Shown here: positions 16,380 through 26,828 of the stretch, in pieces
How positions within the stretch are numbered: the first letter of the stretch is position 1
How the letters are laid out: each line of letters begins with the position of its first letter
Origin: a virus
Taxonomy: Duplodnaviria > Caudoviricetes
Reading direction: 5' to 3' (one strand)
Virus record (IMG/VR): IMGVR_UViG_3300037761_000042
Coordinates: 1-58,741 of that record
Length of the DNA stretch: 58,741 nucleotides
Position numbers and translations under genes: made by a program
Notes under the pieces: model-generated
Seen by the model: only the letters and a program-made list of their open reading frames with translations
The model's database searches: none
What the model was told of the DNA's origin: nothing

Positions 16380-16562
16380 TTATATTTCTCCGCTTAACTT
16401 TTTATTTGAAATATCATCATACTTTCGAACATCTTCTTTTATTTCTCTTTGTTTTGTAAATTCATCTATCTTTTCTTCCAATTCAGCAACGTATATTTGC
16501 GTTTGTCCCAATTGAATGTTAAGCCGTCCAATTTCTTTTTTTAATATAATCGTACTTCCCAT
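16380..16562 (-). CDS. Small coiled-coil protein, possible fibre chaperone
   Basis: 60 aa with SD AGGAGG, after the fibre-like gene. Confidence 0.5.
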   Translation of the reverse strand: MGSTIILKKEIGRLNIQLGQTQIYVAELEEKIDEFTKQREIKEDVRKYDDISNKKLSGEI

Positions 16563-16574
16563 ATAAATCCTCCT

Positions 16575-17570
16575 TTAAACTGCCCTGGTAAATAATTTCC
16601 ATGTTGGGCTTGCTGAAGTATTTGCATTAATATAAAGATCAGCATTAGTTGTATCAATACAAAGAGATCCTTTTGCGGCAAATCCTGCCCCTGTTCCAGA
16701 CACGCCATCTACAGGAACTCCAGCATTTTGAAGTATATTTACATCGTTTGGCATTCTCATTGCATACTGATTAAAACTGAAAGAAAATACACCCTCACAT
16801 GTAAATCTTATATCTGTACCAGCAGTTGATTGTATGTTTGTGTTAATTGAATTTCCACCTAAATTAATTTTTTGTAAAGGACTAACATTTATCGCATATC
16901 CTGATGTATCTAATGTTGTCGCGGTAAAATCAATTCCTATATCAAACTCACCTTGCATTTCTAATCCCATTTTTACAGGCTCAGAACCACCACTTTGTAA
17001 TAATATTCCAGCAGTTGCTTGTGACGTGTTTGTATTATTGTTATTTGACTGTATAACCGCACCATATAAAATAGTTGGGTCTGTACCTTCTGCGGTTGCC
17101 CTTACCTCTATACCTTCACATAAACCGCCACTATAAGACGTTGAATAACCAGCAAATGCTGCTATTTCTCGATAAGTCACAGAAGGACTGACAGTGTCAT
17201 AACCAACACCAGCCGAATCAATGTGTGCAAGATAGCCAACCATTGAGCCTAAGCCTGTAAAGCCGGGATATGTTGCATCTTTTCTCATCCATGCAGAATA
17301 TAATTCTTTTGCGCTACCATTTATATTAGGCACTCCACCATGCATTCCGCCACTTGCTTGAGTAACAAAAACTTGAAATGGAGATTCGTGGAATACAGTT
17401 GTTTCATCCAATGAACACCTATTAAAAAATACTTCTCCTGTGGATTGATGCCAAGTTACATTCCCTGACAAAAGAGTACCTGATATAGTTGCTTTCGATG
17501 TATCTAAATAACTAAAGTTGTCATTAAGCGGTTGTGCTTGTATTTCGCCGCTAATTGTTGTTAATGACAT
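16575..17570 (-). CDS. Tail fibre/receptor-binding-like protein
   Basis: N-terminal AQPLNDNFSYL; C-terminal GVP..G..G.G.AAKGSLCIDTTNADLYIN motif; beta-rich. Confidence 0.6.
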   Translation of the reverse strand: MSLTTISGEIQAQPLNDNFSYLDTSKATISGTLLSGNVTWHQSTGEVFFNRCSLDETTVFHESPFQVFVTQASGGMHGGVPNINGSAKELYSAWMRKDATYPGFTGLGSMVGYLAHIDSAGVGYDTVSPSVTYREIAAFAGYSTSYSGGLCEGIEVRATAEGTDPTILYGAVIQSNNNNTNTSQATAGILLQSGGSEPVKMGLEMQGEFDIGIDFTATTLDTSGYAINVSPLQKINLGGNSINTNIQSTAGTDIRFTCEGVFSFSFNQYAMRMPNDVNILQNAGVPVDGVSGTGAGFAAKGSLCIDTTNADLYINANTSASPTWKLFTRAV

Positions 17571-17580
17571 AATATCACCC

Positions 17581-18216
17581 TCACTTTCCTGCTATAGTAG
17601 CTGTAATAGTTGCTGAGACTCCAGTTATCATTAATTTTGCATATCTAGCTGCTGATGTTGTAGAATAATGAAAATCGCTTGATGTTCCTGCTGTTATAGT
17701 TGCTGTTGCTGCTGTATAGTAAGTTGAATCATCTTGACTTACAAGTAAATTTAATGTAATTGATGCAGTGTTAGTTACCGTACCAAAATAACTAATATTG
17801 TAGTTATATCTTAAATCAACTACAGTCGAAGTTGCCCCAGATGTAATTGTTGCGCCAGAACTCCATGTATTATTTGCTGAGCCGACTACAGGCATGGTCA
17901 ATATATCAACACTACCGCTTGCAGAAAAATTAACAGTTGCAGTACCAGATATAGCCATTGTAGAAGTAGCTGTCAATTGAACACTTCCGGGATTTGATCC
18001 AGAAAATAAATTCGTTGCACCTGCGCTTGTTACTAATTGAACTGTTCCTGGGATTGCATTTGTAAATGTTTCACCAGCTGAATTATAATTAATAATTCTT
18101 ATTGATCCGTTTATGCCCTGAACCTTAGCGTAACTTGCTCCATCCCAATACTGGCTGACTGGACTTAGAGGTTGTGAACCATACGCTATCGCTTCTCTTA
18201 CTAATGTATCTGCCAT
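17581..18216 (-). CDS. Ser/Thr-rich virion protein (jelly-roll-like C-terminus)
   Basis: Tail-module position; LVSQDDSTYY...ARYAKL motif; very high S/T/A content. Confidence 0.65.
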   Translation of the reverse strand: MADTLVREAIAYGSQPLSPVSQYWDGASYAKVQGINGSIRIINYNSAGETFTNAIPGTVQLVTSAGATNLFSGSNPGSVQLTATSTMAISGTATVNFSASGSVDILTMPVVGSANNTWSSGATITSGATSTVVDLRYNYNISYFGTVTNTASITLNLLVSQDDSTYYTAATATITAGTSSDFHYSTTSAARYAKLMITGVSATITATIAGK

Positions 18217-18241
18217 AATAAAACCTCCTTATAACCATCTA

Positions 18242-18730
18242 TTAAATATATTTCCAATTTCTATTATTTAAAATATGACATACCATACCAATTGAAATGT
18301 TAAAAATTTTAGATATTTCAGTTCGTGTTAAATAAGGATAATCATATTTAATTGATTTGACTTCATTTTCAGTTAATTTATGGCTACCATTATTTGCACC
18401 TCTCATTTTTAATCCATGTTTTTTGCCTGTTGATTGTCTACCTTTTTTAATCATATCTGCCATATTATCTTTTTGAGTGCCAATAAAAAGATGATTTGGA
18501 TTTATACATCTCGGATTATCACATTTATGGCAAACACACATATCGTCAGATATTTTGCCTTTATATTTTTGATACATATATCTATGCATCATTATTCTTT
18601 TTCCATTTTCAAAATATCTAGCATATCTATTTTTCTTTGTAATATGACTTGTGCATATCCAACACCCGTTTTCATTAATTTCCCATGTAATTTCTTTTCG
18701 ATTGTTTTTATTATTATAAGGTGCTCCCAT
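18242..18730 (-). CDS. HNH homing endonuclease
   Basis: GCWI, MHR, VCHKCDNPRCINPNHLFIGTQKDNMADM..KGR; C-terminal HTH. Confidence 0.92.
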   Translation of the reverse strand: MGAPYNNKNNRKEITWEINENGCWICTSHITKKNRYARYFENGKRIMMHRYMYQKYKGKISDDMCVCHKCDNPRCINPNHLFIGTQKDNMADMIKKGRQSTGKKHGLKMRGANNGSHKLTENEVKSIKYDYPYLTRTEISKIFNISIGMVCHILNNRNWKYI

Positions 18731-18740
18731 AAAATTCCTC

Positions 18741-19616
18741 CTACAAAAATCTATGTTTCCAATCAAATGTTACTTCTGCCTGTGGATTTGTGCCGTAAAA
18801 AAAGAAGCCGTTTGCTCCGACTTCTAAGTTTAAAAAATCACCTGTCATTTTGTGTAGATAATTACTTCCATTTAGTGTTACTGTCATGTTTTCTGAATCT
18901 ATTATCATTGTACTTCCTGCTGTCATGTTTGCACTTATTGTAAACTCTGCGCTTGTAGTTTCTTGGTATATCCTAGGATTTTCAACCTCTCCATAAATTG
19001 TAATTGTAAATGGAGTTTCAATTGTTGCATGATTATACAAACTTGTCATGTGTGGATTGTAACTCCAAGGAAATCCACACCATTCTCTTGAATCACCATT
19101 TCTAATGTTGAAGAACGGTGCCAAGAATGTCCAATCATAAACCGTTCTAGCATTGGGATAAATCAATCCTTCATCATACAACTCACCAGTATCATATTCC
19201 TCTGTAGTATCATATTCATCTAATAATGCATATGCAAACGGCTCTACTTCAAACTGTACAGTTGCTTCGCCTATCAAAAATAAGTTCTGTAAGCCTATTT
19301 CGGAGTATATTTTACCCACATAGTACTTGTCAGTTTCGTCTGAAAAAACTAGGTTCTTAGTGCCACTAAAGCCACTTAGCCAATATGCTATTTGTCTTGC
19401 TCTTGTACGCAATTCTGCAAAGCTTGTACCGATATATTTAAGTTCAACTTCGATTATGCGCTTTTCGAATGTATTATCTCCGAAATCATACGTGCCATGC
19501 TTTCCCGGTATTACAAGTTCACGCTTACGTAATACCGGGAGCATAGGTCTATTAACACTCTTTGCCACTATCCCATATGTCGAGCTTTTTATAGAATTAT
19601 AAGTAAACCCAATCAA
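18741..19616 (-). CDS. Distal tail protein (Dit, Sipho_tail family)
   Basis: FTYNSIKS, IPGKHG, LVFSDETDKYY, FEVEPFAY; follows the tape measure. Confidence 0.85.
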   Translation of the reverse strand: MIGFTYNSIKSSTYGIVAKSVNRPMLPVLRKRELVIPGKHGTYDFGDNTFEKRIIEVELKYIGTSFAELRTRARQIAYWLSGFSGTKNLVFSDETDKYYVGKIYSEIGLQNLFLIGEATVQFEVEPFAYALLDEYDTTEEYDTGELYDEGLIYPNARTVYDWTFLAPFFNIRNGDSREWCGFPWSYNPHMTSLYNHATIETPFTITIYGEVENPRIYQETTSAEFTISANMTAGSTMIIDSENMTVTLNGSNYLHKMTGDFLNLEVGANGFFFYGTNPQAEVTFDWKHRFL

Positions 19617-19628
19617 ATCATCACCACC

Positions 19629-22598
19629 TTATGTTGCGGCTATTACACCGCCTGCTCTGCTTCGTCCTTGCTGCAAGTTAAAAATTTCCCTTGCTATTAA
19701 TTTGGCATCGTTGTCTGAACGCACATTAAATACTGCGCCTTTGAACATTCCGTCATAGTTCACATTGCCCATCATTTGTTGGGTTTGTTTGTTTGGTATT
19801 ACATCAGACCCTTTTGGAAGATTAACAAGTTCGGGACCACGTTCTCCTACAAGAGCCACACCACCTTTTGCGTTCGTAACTCCGTCTGCATAACCTGGAA
19901 CGCCTAAATTATGCATAGCACCATGAAATTTTTCCATCCCCTTAGCCATAAAATCAAGAACGGGAACACCTTGCCCCAGATACGATGACTCTCTATAGAG
20001 TTTATCCATATCAACTTTTGCTGCGGCTTCTGCTGCTGCTGCGGAAATTCTTAGTTTTGCATCATCTTCAATTTTCTTTTTTTGAGCTAGTATTGCTTTA
20101 TCCTCAGCATCTTGTTCGTCTTTAATTCTTTTTTGTACAGCTTTAAATTTGTCATTTTCAGAATCTTGTTTCATTTTAAGTTGTGTGTCAAGTTTTGCTT
20201 GATAGGTTTCTTTGAATGAATCAATTCTAATATCTTCATTATCCAAAGCTTTTTTTGCTGCATTGTATTTAGCGGTTTCTGATGTTTCTTTTTTAACTCG
20301 TTGCTCGTTAATTTTAGTCATTTCATTATTATGAACAGTAATAAACTTTGTGTATTCATCGTCTAAACTTTTTTTTGCAGCATTGTACTTTAATGTTTCT
20401 TCCTTTTCTTTTTCTTTTCTTTCTCGTTGTGTCTCTGTTATTTTAAAATCAGTTTGTTTTGTAATTTCTATATTTTCATCTTTGATTTGTCCTTGCAGAA
20501 TTATAAGTGCATTTTGTTTTTTCTCATTAGCTTTGGTGACAGCATCTTTGATTTGATTATTTAAAGAATTAATTTGAATTTTGCGGTTTTCAAGTTCCTT
20601 TTCTCTGTTTTGTTTATTAATTTCCTCAGCAAGATTTTTATTAGCAGTTGATCTCTCTTCGTCGGTTTTAGCACCATCAACTTTAGTTTGTAAATTAAGA
20701 ATTTTTTGCTTGTCGAATTGTTCTTTGGCAATTTTATCTTCTTCATCAGTTTTAGCATTAATTTTTTTAATTTCTTCTTGAAATCCCTTAACTTTAGCTG
20801 CTAAATCTTGATTTATAAGACTTACTGATTTTAAATATTCCTCTTCATACATTTTGATTTTTTCATCGTGAACGTCTTTCGCTTTGTCAAGTATGGCATC
20901 ATAAGTATTGCTAAAAGAATCACTTTCCGCAGTAGCAGCATCTTTTGACAACTCTAATATTTCATTTACTAAACTTTTTTGCGTAGAATATTCTTCTTTA
21001 ATCAAGTCAACTTTACTTTTTGATTTTTCTTCAAAAACGCCAAATTCATCTTTAATTTTTTGTATATTTTCTTCATAAGTAGTTTTTATGACATCTTGGT
21101 CTTTTTCATATTGTTCTTTTCTTAATGCCATTTCATCTTTAATTAAATCAATTTTACTTTTATGATCTTTTTCAAATGTTCCATATTCGTCTTGTAGCTG
21201 TTTCATAGTTTTGCTATGAGATGATTCAAGTAAAGATTTTCTTTCGCTTAGATTTTTTTTCATTGATGATTGCGTTTTGTCAATAGATTTAATTTCATTG
21301 TTATATTCAGTTTGAATATTTTGCAATCTTTCATCATGTGCGTTTGATTCTGCATCTTGTTGTTTTTGAAGTGAATCCAATCTTACTTTGTGCTGATCGT
21401 CTATAGCTTGAATAGCAATATCACGTTCTTTAACATACCCATCAATTAATTGTTCCTTCATGTCATTAATTGCTTTTTGTTGTTTCATAACTAAAAAAGA
21501 AATAGCAGTAACTAACAATCCGATTGCTGTAGCAACCGCACCTATGGGATTCGCAGCTAAAACAGCATTTAAACCGCCTTGTGCAAAAGTCATAGCAATA
21601 GTCGAAGCTTTCCAGGCTTTCATAGCGGCATCAATGGTAAATATTACTTTATAAGTGCCGAGAGTAGTAGCCACTCCCACTAGTACTGGTAATAATTTGT
21701 CAAAGCTTAATACTAGTGACTGTACAGCATTTCCTACACCTTCGTTACCAATTCTTTTTGTAAAATCATCTAGTGACTTTACCATTGCTGGTAATACTGT
21801 AGACGTCATATTATTAAATGCAGGCTCAAGAATTTTACCAAAAGTTATCTGAACATTGTCCTTTACTGTTGACATTAAACCCGCAAATGATTTACTTTGT
21901 TTTTCCATCATATTTGGGAATTTTTCTTCCATGCCTGCAACCAACATGTCAATTGATTTTCTAGCTGGTAACAATCCTTTTTCCGATAGTTTCATAACTT
22001 CTGCTGTAGATTTGCCCATTGCTTTAGCCAATATATCCCAAGCAGGAATTCCAGCTTCGGTTAATTGCATCATTTCCTGTGCTGATATTTTACCTTTTGC
22101 TTGCATTTGTCCAAGAGCTGTAGTTATTCTGTTTACTCCATCGGCACCTAACCCCAATCCAGCGGCTGCATCTCCAATATTTTTAAGCATCGAGGGTATT
22201 TTATTAGCTTCAAATCCAAACGCCAACATTTTTTTAGCTGCAGTTGCCAGTTCAGGGAATTCAAAAGGTGTTTCAGCCGCCATTTTAGATAATTTACCAA
22301 GTATGTCATTGGCTTTATCCGCACTACCTAACATCGACTCAAAAGCAATTTTGTTTTGTTCCATTACTTTGTCAAATTCAAACCCAGCTTTTACACTTCC
22401 TTCGAATCCTTTTTTTATAAGGTCAAAAATGGCAAAACCGCCCGCAAATGAAAAAGCGTTTTTTATTCCTTGGGAAAGAGAATTAGCACGCTTTTGAGTA
22501 TCTTCCATTACGCTTGCGGCTTTGTCCATGCTAGTTTTAAAGTTTTTCATGTCAGCTTCAATTCTGACAAGCAATGAACCAATATCCTCAGTTGCCAT
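19629..22598 (-). CDS. Tail tape measure protein
   Basis: 989 aa; AAETPFE, LGQMQAKGKI, ANPIG, C-terminal ALVGERGPELVNLPKGSDVIP. Confidence 0.95.
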   Translation of the reverse strand: MATEDIGSLLVRIEADMKNFKTSMDKAASVMEDTQKRANSLSQGIKNAFSFAGGFAIFDLIKKGFEGSVKAGFEFDKVMEQNKIAFESMLGSADKANDILGKLSKMAAETPFEFPELATAAKKMLAFGFEANKIPSMLKNIGDAAAGLGLGADGVNRITTALGQMQAKGKISAQEMMQLTEAGIPAWDILAKAMGKSTAEVMKLSEKGLLPARKSIDMLVAGMEEKFPNMMEKQSKSFAGLMSTVKDNVQITFGKILEPAFNNMTSTVLPAMVKSLDDFTKRIGNEGVGNAVQSLVLSFDKLLPVLVGVATTLGTYKVIFTIDAAMKAWKASTIAMTFAQGGLNAVLAANPIGAVATAIGLLVTAISFLVMKQQKAINDMKEQLIDGYVKERDIAIQAIDDQHKVRLDSLQKQQDAESNAHDERLQNIQTEYNNEIKSIDKTQSSMKKNLSERKSLLESSHSKTMKQLQDEYGTFEKDHKSKIDLIKDEMALRKEQYEKDQDVIKTTYEENIQKIKDEFGVFEEKSKSKVDLIKEEYSTQKSLVNEILELSKDAATAESDSFSNTYDAILDKAKDVHDEKIKMYEEEYLKSVSLINQDLAAKVKGFQEEIKKINAKTDEEDKIAKEQFDKQKILNLQTKVDGAKTDEERSTANKNLAEEINKQNREKELENRKIQINSLNNQIKDAVTKANEKKQNALIILQGQIKDENIEITKQTDFKITETQRERKEKEKEETLKYNAAKKSLDDEYTKFITVHNNEMTKINEQRVKKETSETAKYNAAKKALDNEDIRIDSFKETYQAKLDTQLKMKQDSENDKFKAVQKRIKDEQDAEDKAILAQKKKIEDDAKLRISAAAAEAAAKVDMDKLYRESSYLGQGVPVLDFMAKGMEKFHGAMHNLGVPGYADGVTNAKGGVALVGERGPELVNLPKGSDVIPNKQTQQMMGNVNYDGMFKGAVFNVRSDNDAKLIAREIFNLQQGRSRAGGVIAAT

Positions 22599-22609
22599 TT
22601 TATCACCCC

Positions 22610-22879
22610 TTAAAATCCTATTTGATCTATATAAACTCCTTGCATTTCGCTTTTGTCGTCATTAAATTCTATTGACGGATTAATAGCTGTTAAAATAAGT
22701 TTTGTTTTTTGATTATCAATTTTATAAAACTCATTTCGCATTGAAATAAATTTTCTTGGAATAGAATCCCAGAACATTTTTTCAGTCCACATCATAAATG
22801 ATGTAGCAATAGTTAACATGTAAACCCAATCCCAGTCAGATTCTTCTTCTATTTCTCCTTCTGGGATTGTGCGTTTCCC
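22610..22879 (-). CDS. Tail assembly chaperone, -1 frameshift extension (gpT-like)
   Basis: GGGAAAC slippery site at 22873-22879; the -1 frame reads KRTIPEGEIEEESDWDWVYMLTIATSF into the 22610..22819 ORF. Confidence 0.8.
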   Translation of the reverse strand, partial: GKRTIPEGEIEEESDWDWVYMLTIATSFMMWTEKMFWDSIPRKFISMRNEFYKIDNQKTKLILTAINPSIEFNDDKSEMQGVYIDQIGF

Positions 22880-23211
22880 TCAGTCACTTGTGGTAAACTA
22901 CCAGTAATTGCCTTTGAAAGTTTTTCGATAAAATAAGGCATTAAATCAAAACGCATCATATTACCAACAGAATCTATAGTTATACTATTATCTTCATGTA
23001 TTAGACCTGCATAAAGCAAAATACATATTTTATCAAGAGAACTTTCGTCGAATTCATAGTTTAACTCTCTCATGCATCCTAAAGCCTTGTAAACTGTTCC
23101 AAATTCTTTTGCTAAAATTTTCATTCCTTTATTTGTAAAAAGTAGTTTATGTTTTTTACCATTAAAAACTATTTCTTCACCCTCATAAGTTATATCTTCA
23201 ATATTTGTCAT
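22849..23211 (-). CDS. Tail assembly chaperone (gpG-like)
   Basis: Between tail tube and tape measure; LLYAGLIHED motif. Confidence 0.8.
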   Translation of the reverse strand: MTNIEDITYEGEEIVFNGKKHKLLFTNKGMKILAKEFGTVYKALGCMRELNYEFDESSLDKICILLYAGLIHEDNSITIDSVGNMMRFDLMPYFIEKLSKAITGSLPQVTEGNAQSQKEK

Positions 23212-23268
23212 AGTATCGCTCCTTTCAAAGCATATAAAAATATAGGGAGGGATTTACCCTCCCATAAA

Positions 23269-24162
23269 TTATGTTGTTTGAAACCAGAATGTAACTGAAC
23301 TTGACAAACTATTACCCGATGCATCTTTTATGCCCGTGCCAAGTATTACATTGTATGTTGCTGCTGCAGTTAGACTTGATGGAGGTGTTAATGTAACAGT
23401 TTCTCCACCAGTTGATAATGACAATGCAGCAGTATAAGTAGTTGCTGATGTTGCTTGTATTAATGTAAAGTTTGAAGCAGTAACCGTGCTCGAAAGTATT
23501 GCTTCACTAAATGTAATAGTAATATTAGTTGTTTGTGTTGCGCTTGTGCTATTAGCTGACGGTATACTACTACTGAATGTAGGTGCTGTACTATCCGCTG
23601 TTGTTCCATACACAGACGTAAACCAATTTGTACCAATTGATGCTGTGTAATCTGTTGCATCATCTCTTGTAGATGATTTATAACGACCGTCATATATTCT
23701 TTGTACAAATTTACCCATCATTGTAGGTGTCTGCCATGCGATAGAATCACCTTTTGTCTCGTGATCCATACTAGGCTTGCTAAATTTACCTTTAAGAAAC
23801 CAGAAATAAGAATATCCGTTATTGCTGCGCTTTGCTCTAAATCCAAATGCAACATCAATAGGCTGATCTGTAGCAAGTTCGCTCATTACACCGCCTGTTA
23901 TTGTATGTCCCATTAATACGGCATAATCTTCTTGCGATATGTCGGCGATACCAACTTCTAGCTCAATTTCTCCAATAGTTTCGGCTGTGTCATAAGGCCC
24001 ATCATCAGCAAATAATGTAGAAACCTCTGAGTTTGGGTTATATGATACAGTTAATGCACCTTTTAACGCTACAGGTGTTTGATAGCTTACACTTGCTGTA
24101 GTGTCTGAATTAAGAACTGAATAAAAAAATCGGTCTAAGCCTATAAGAACTTTTTTGGACAT
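23269..24162 (-). CDS. Major tail protein (phi13-like) with C-terminal Ig-like domain
   Basis: LFADDG, YFWFLKGKFSKP..DHETKGD; C-terminal DSTAPT...ITITFSEAI...Y.V....GIKD.SGN Big-type domain. Confidence 0.9.
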   Translation of the reverse strand: MSKKVLIGLDRFFYSVLNSDTTASVSYQTPVALKGALTVSYNPNSEVSTLFADDGPYDTAETIGEIELEVGIADISQEDYAVLMGHTITGGVMSELATDQPIDVAFGFRAKRSNNGYSYFWFLKGKFSKPSMDHETKGDSIAWQTPTMMGKFVQRIYDGRYKSSTRDDATDYTASIGTNWFTSVYGTTADSTAPTFSSSIPSANSTSATQTTNITITFSEAILSSTVTASNFTLIQATSATTYTAALSLSTGGETVTLTPPSSLTAAATYNVILGTGIKDASGNSLSSSVTFWFQTT

Positions 24163-24176
24163 GTTAATACCTCCTT

Positions 24177-24542
24177 TTAAAAATTAGGGTCAGAATAATC
24201 AAGTCGAAATTGCATCAATTTATGAAGTATCTTAGTATCAGATTCATACAAATCGCGTGATGCTATTCGATTAAAGTTTAATCCAATCATAATAGTGTCA
24301 ACTGCCTGTGCTAATGCCGTAAGACTTGACTTACCCCATAAATCAATTTGATAAATAAATTCGCTTCCTATCTCTTGATCATCTGCATATAAGCTGCCAG
24401 TGTTATCAAGTTCAAAATAACTTGCCACTGGTAGATTGGTAAAATCTGTAGGATGGAAAAAATATATCTTTTGTCCTTGCAAAGTTGACAAGGCTGTTGC
24501 TGTTTGTAGTGCTGTTAAAACAGCTGATTTTATGCTAAACAT
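24177..24542 (-). CDS. Tail terminator/completion protein
   Basis: YQIDLW, DLYESDTKILHK; position. Confidence 0.75.
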   Translation of the reverse strand: MFSIKSAVLTALQTATALSTLQGQKIYFFHPTDFTNLPVASYFELDNTGSLYADDQEIGSEFIYQIDLWGKSSLTALAQAVDTIMIGLNFNRIASRDLYESDTKILHKLMQFRLDYSDPNF

Positions 24543-24925
24543 TACAAATCAGCCCCCTTTTTAAATGCTTTTGCAAGCTCTTTTAATATTTTTTGTTTGT
24601 TATTGTTGTAAGCAGGAAAAAGAAATGGTTGTGCTGATTGTTTTGAAGTTCCGAACTCAACCATTTTGCCATATTTCACATTAGTTCCAACTTCTGCAAC
24701 TGAATTACTACCTTCATCAATAAGCCTATGTGTTATACTTTGCCGTAATCTTCCTGAATCTACTGGACAATTTAATTTAGCATCACGTTCCACAATTAAG
24801 GCACTATTAACTAATGCTTGTTCAATCTCGGTTTCTACGTTTTTACTTATTTCACTAAACTTTTTGGCTAGTTTTGTGCCTTCTCGCATTTTTTTTGTAT
24901 ATCCAGCTGTTTGTTTTCTTGCCAT
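24542..24925 (-). CDS. HK97 gp10-like tail component
   Basis: PVDSGRLRQSI, VGTNVKYG..VEFGTSK..AQPFLFPA. Confidence 0.9.
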   Translation of the reverse strand: MARKQTAGYTKKMREGTKLAKKFSEISKNVETEIEQALVNSALIVERDAKLNCPVDSGRLRQSITHRLIDEGSNSVAEVGTNVKYGKMVEFGTSKQSAQPFLFPAYNNNKQKILKELAKAFKKGADL

Positions 24926-24926
24926 A

Positions 24927-25235
24927 TCAGCTCACCACCGGTCTAACTATGACTTCATAATGATTTGGGTATTTATCAATCCTGTAAATATCATAGATTT
25001 CAGAGCCATATACAACACGACCATTTTCTTGTGCTGCTGTTGACGTCTTAAAAAAAAACAAATTTCTTATTTCAGCATCTGTTATTCCATATTCAGCAAA
25101 TGCTATTTCTCCAGACAATGGTTGCTTATTACTTAATTCTGTTGTTTGTGAAGCTGTCCATGTTTCCACTGACATTCCTTCGCTATCATATGTTGTAGTC
25201 TTGTTTTGAACTGTCACGGTAATATCAAGTCGCAT
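24927..25235 (-). CDS. Head closure (stopper) protein
   Basis: DSEG...ETW, RVVYGSEIYDI; position. Confidence 0.7.
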   Translation of the reverse strand: MRLDITVTVQNKTTTYDSEGMSVETWTASQTTELSNKQPLSGEIAFAEYGITDAEIRNLFFFKTSTAAQENGRVVYGSEIYDIYRIDKYPNHYEVIVRPVVS

Positions 25236-26098
25236 TAAAACACCGCCTTTCTATAGGAGTTTAAAACACTAGAATACTGTTGTATTAATTGGTTATCGTC
25301 CCAAATATATGTCAATTTGCCCTGTGTAAGATGTTTTAAACCGACTGTACCGTCTTGCTGTTCTCCATATAAATCAGCTACCATTGACACAACAGCATTT
25401 TCTAAATCCCAAGGGAAATTTCTTGATGATTCTGGTTGTAAAGTAAATCCAGCACTATAAACTACCTCAATGTTATCAACTGGTGCCGTAAGTTCTCCAA
25501 CTAATCCAGTCAGATACCCATACCATGTCCAACCGTCATTTTTAAATACCATACCTTGGTCAAGATATGTTTGATCACTTGTAACATAGTCTGTTCCAGC
25601 GGTTAATGCTGCACTATCAACTTTTACTGATGTTATCATGTTTATAGGATATTGATTTAAAACAAGCCGTTGCCTACCAGAACCTTTGTAAAATTCGCTG
25701 TAAGTATCTGCAATAAATTTACGATTACAATATTTGGCTACCATGCTTGATACACTGTTTATATTGCGTTCTAGCAGTTTGTCCTTGCTGTAATCCCATG
25801 CAAAATACTTGTAACTTGATATTGTTAATCCAGCGGTAATGGCTGCGGAAACTGTCACATTTCCAACGGAATAATCAATTGTCCAATTTGATGTTGTTAT
25901 AGTACTATCAGCCGTTGTTCCCTGATAAAATGTTTCAAAATAGTTCGGTGCTAAATCACTATGTGCAAAGTTAAACGTTGTATATGCCGTAGAACTCGCT
26001 GTAAGCGTTTCTGAACTCGTTACCGATGTCAGAGTATAAAGATTCAAAAAACTTCTAGCATTGGCCATAGTGGTCAATGCTTGCAAAATTAAGGGCAT
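25235..26098 (-). CDS. Head-tail adaptor with an N-terminal Ser/Thr-rich insertion
   Basis: ALTT...R.FL, YCNRKF, L.QYPI, IEVVYSAGF...P.DL, LNSYR; ~80-aa S/T-rich insert. Confidence 0.75.
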   Translation of the reverse strand: MPLILQALTTMANARSFLNLYTLTSVTSSETLTASSTAYTTFNFAHSDLAPNYFETFYQGTTADSTITTSNWTIDYSVGNVTVSAAITAGLTISSYKYFAWDYSKDKLLERNINSVSSMVAKYCNRKFIADTYSEFYKGSGRQRLVLNQYPINMITSVKVDSAALTAGTDYVTSDQTYLDQGMVFKNDGWTWYGYLTGLVGELTAPVDNIEVVYSAGFTLQPESSRNFPWDLENAVVSMVADLYGEQQDGTVGLKHLTQGKLTYIWDDNQLIQQYSSVLNSYRKAVF

Positions 26099-26221
26099 GT
26101 TCTCACCCCTTCAAATTTAAAAGATAAAGGGGTGATTGCTCACCCCTTGGTTATTACTTCTTTGCCTGATTTTTTTATTAGGATTGATCATTTTATCATC
26201 CTTTTTCATTTAATCAGCTCC

Positions 26222-26647
26222 TTATACTGATGGCTCATTTATTCCATCGCCTAAAATTGCAGCAAGAGATACTGTTACAGTGTTACTAAGCGCTCCACTT
26301 GGTGTAGAATATATTTTTAGATATCTTTCAGCTCCAGCTAAATCTACAAATTCCCCAGCTGTTTGATTCCCACTAAGAGTAGATAAAGTAATTGAAAAGC
26401 TTGCAGTATTAAACGCTGATACCGATGTTCCAGCGCTTGCGGTGTCGTCATAAATAGTTATGGTGGTAGTTTGAGAAGTCAACTGTCCAGTTGCTCCAAA
26501 ATGTTGTAGGTATAGATACATTGACATATACCCCTGTCGATCAATAACTGCGCTAACGTGAGCGCTTGTTGAACCAGCTGAAAGAGCTTCCCCATTAAAA
26601 ACAGGTTTACCAATAACTTGTTCTATTAATTTTCTTCTGCTAGGCAT
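26222..26647 (-). CDS. Probable capsid decoration protein, Ser/Thr-rich
   Basis: After the capsid gene; IDRQGY and DLAGAERYLKI motifs; about 25% S+T by manual count. Confidence 0.65.
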   Translation of the reverse strand: MPSRRKLIEQVIGKPVFNGEALSAGSTSAHVSAVIDRQGYMSMYLYLQHFGATGQLTSQTTTITIYDDTASAGTSVSAFNTASFSITLSTLSGNQTAGEFVDLAGAERYLKIYSTPSGALSNTVTVSLAAILGDGINEPSV

Positions 26648-26672
26648 TGTAATTCCTCCTTATATAAAATAT

Positions 26673-26816
26673 TTAAACTACTTTTAAAATTAAACGTCCT
26701 GCATTATGGAGTTCCATAACAGTTCCTGACAATCCTGCTGTTTCAATAGCTGTCAGTATTGCTGTTGCGTTAGCAGTTGTTATTGAAGCTGCTTCTGCGA
26801 CAATGTGAATTAACAT
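26673..26816 (-). CDS. Small Ala/Thr-rich protein (47 aa)
   Basis: MLIHIVAEAASITTANATAILTAIETAGLSG...; SD GAGGGGTG. Confidence 0.55.
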   Translation of the reverse strand: MLIHIVAEAASITTANATAILTAIETAGLSGTVMELHNAGRLILKVV

Positions 26817-26828
26817 ATTTTCACCCCT

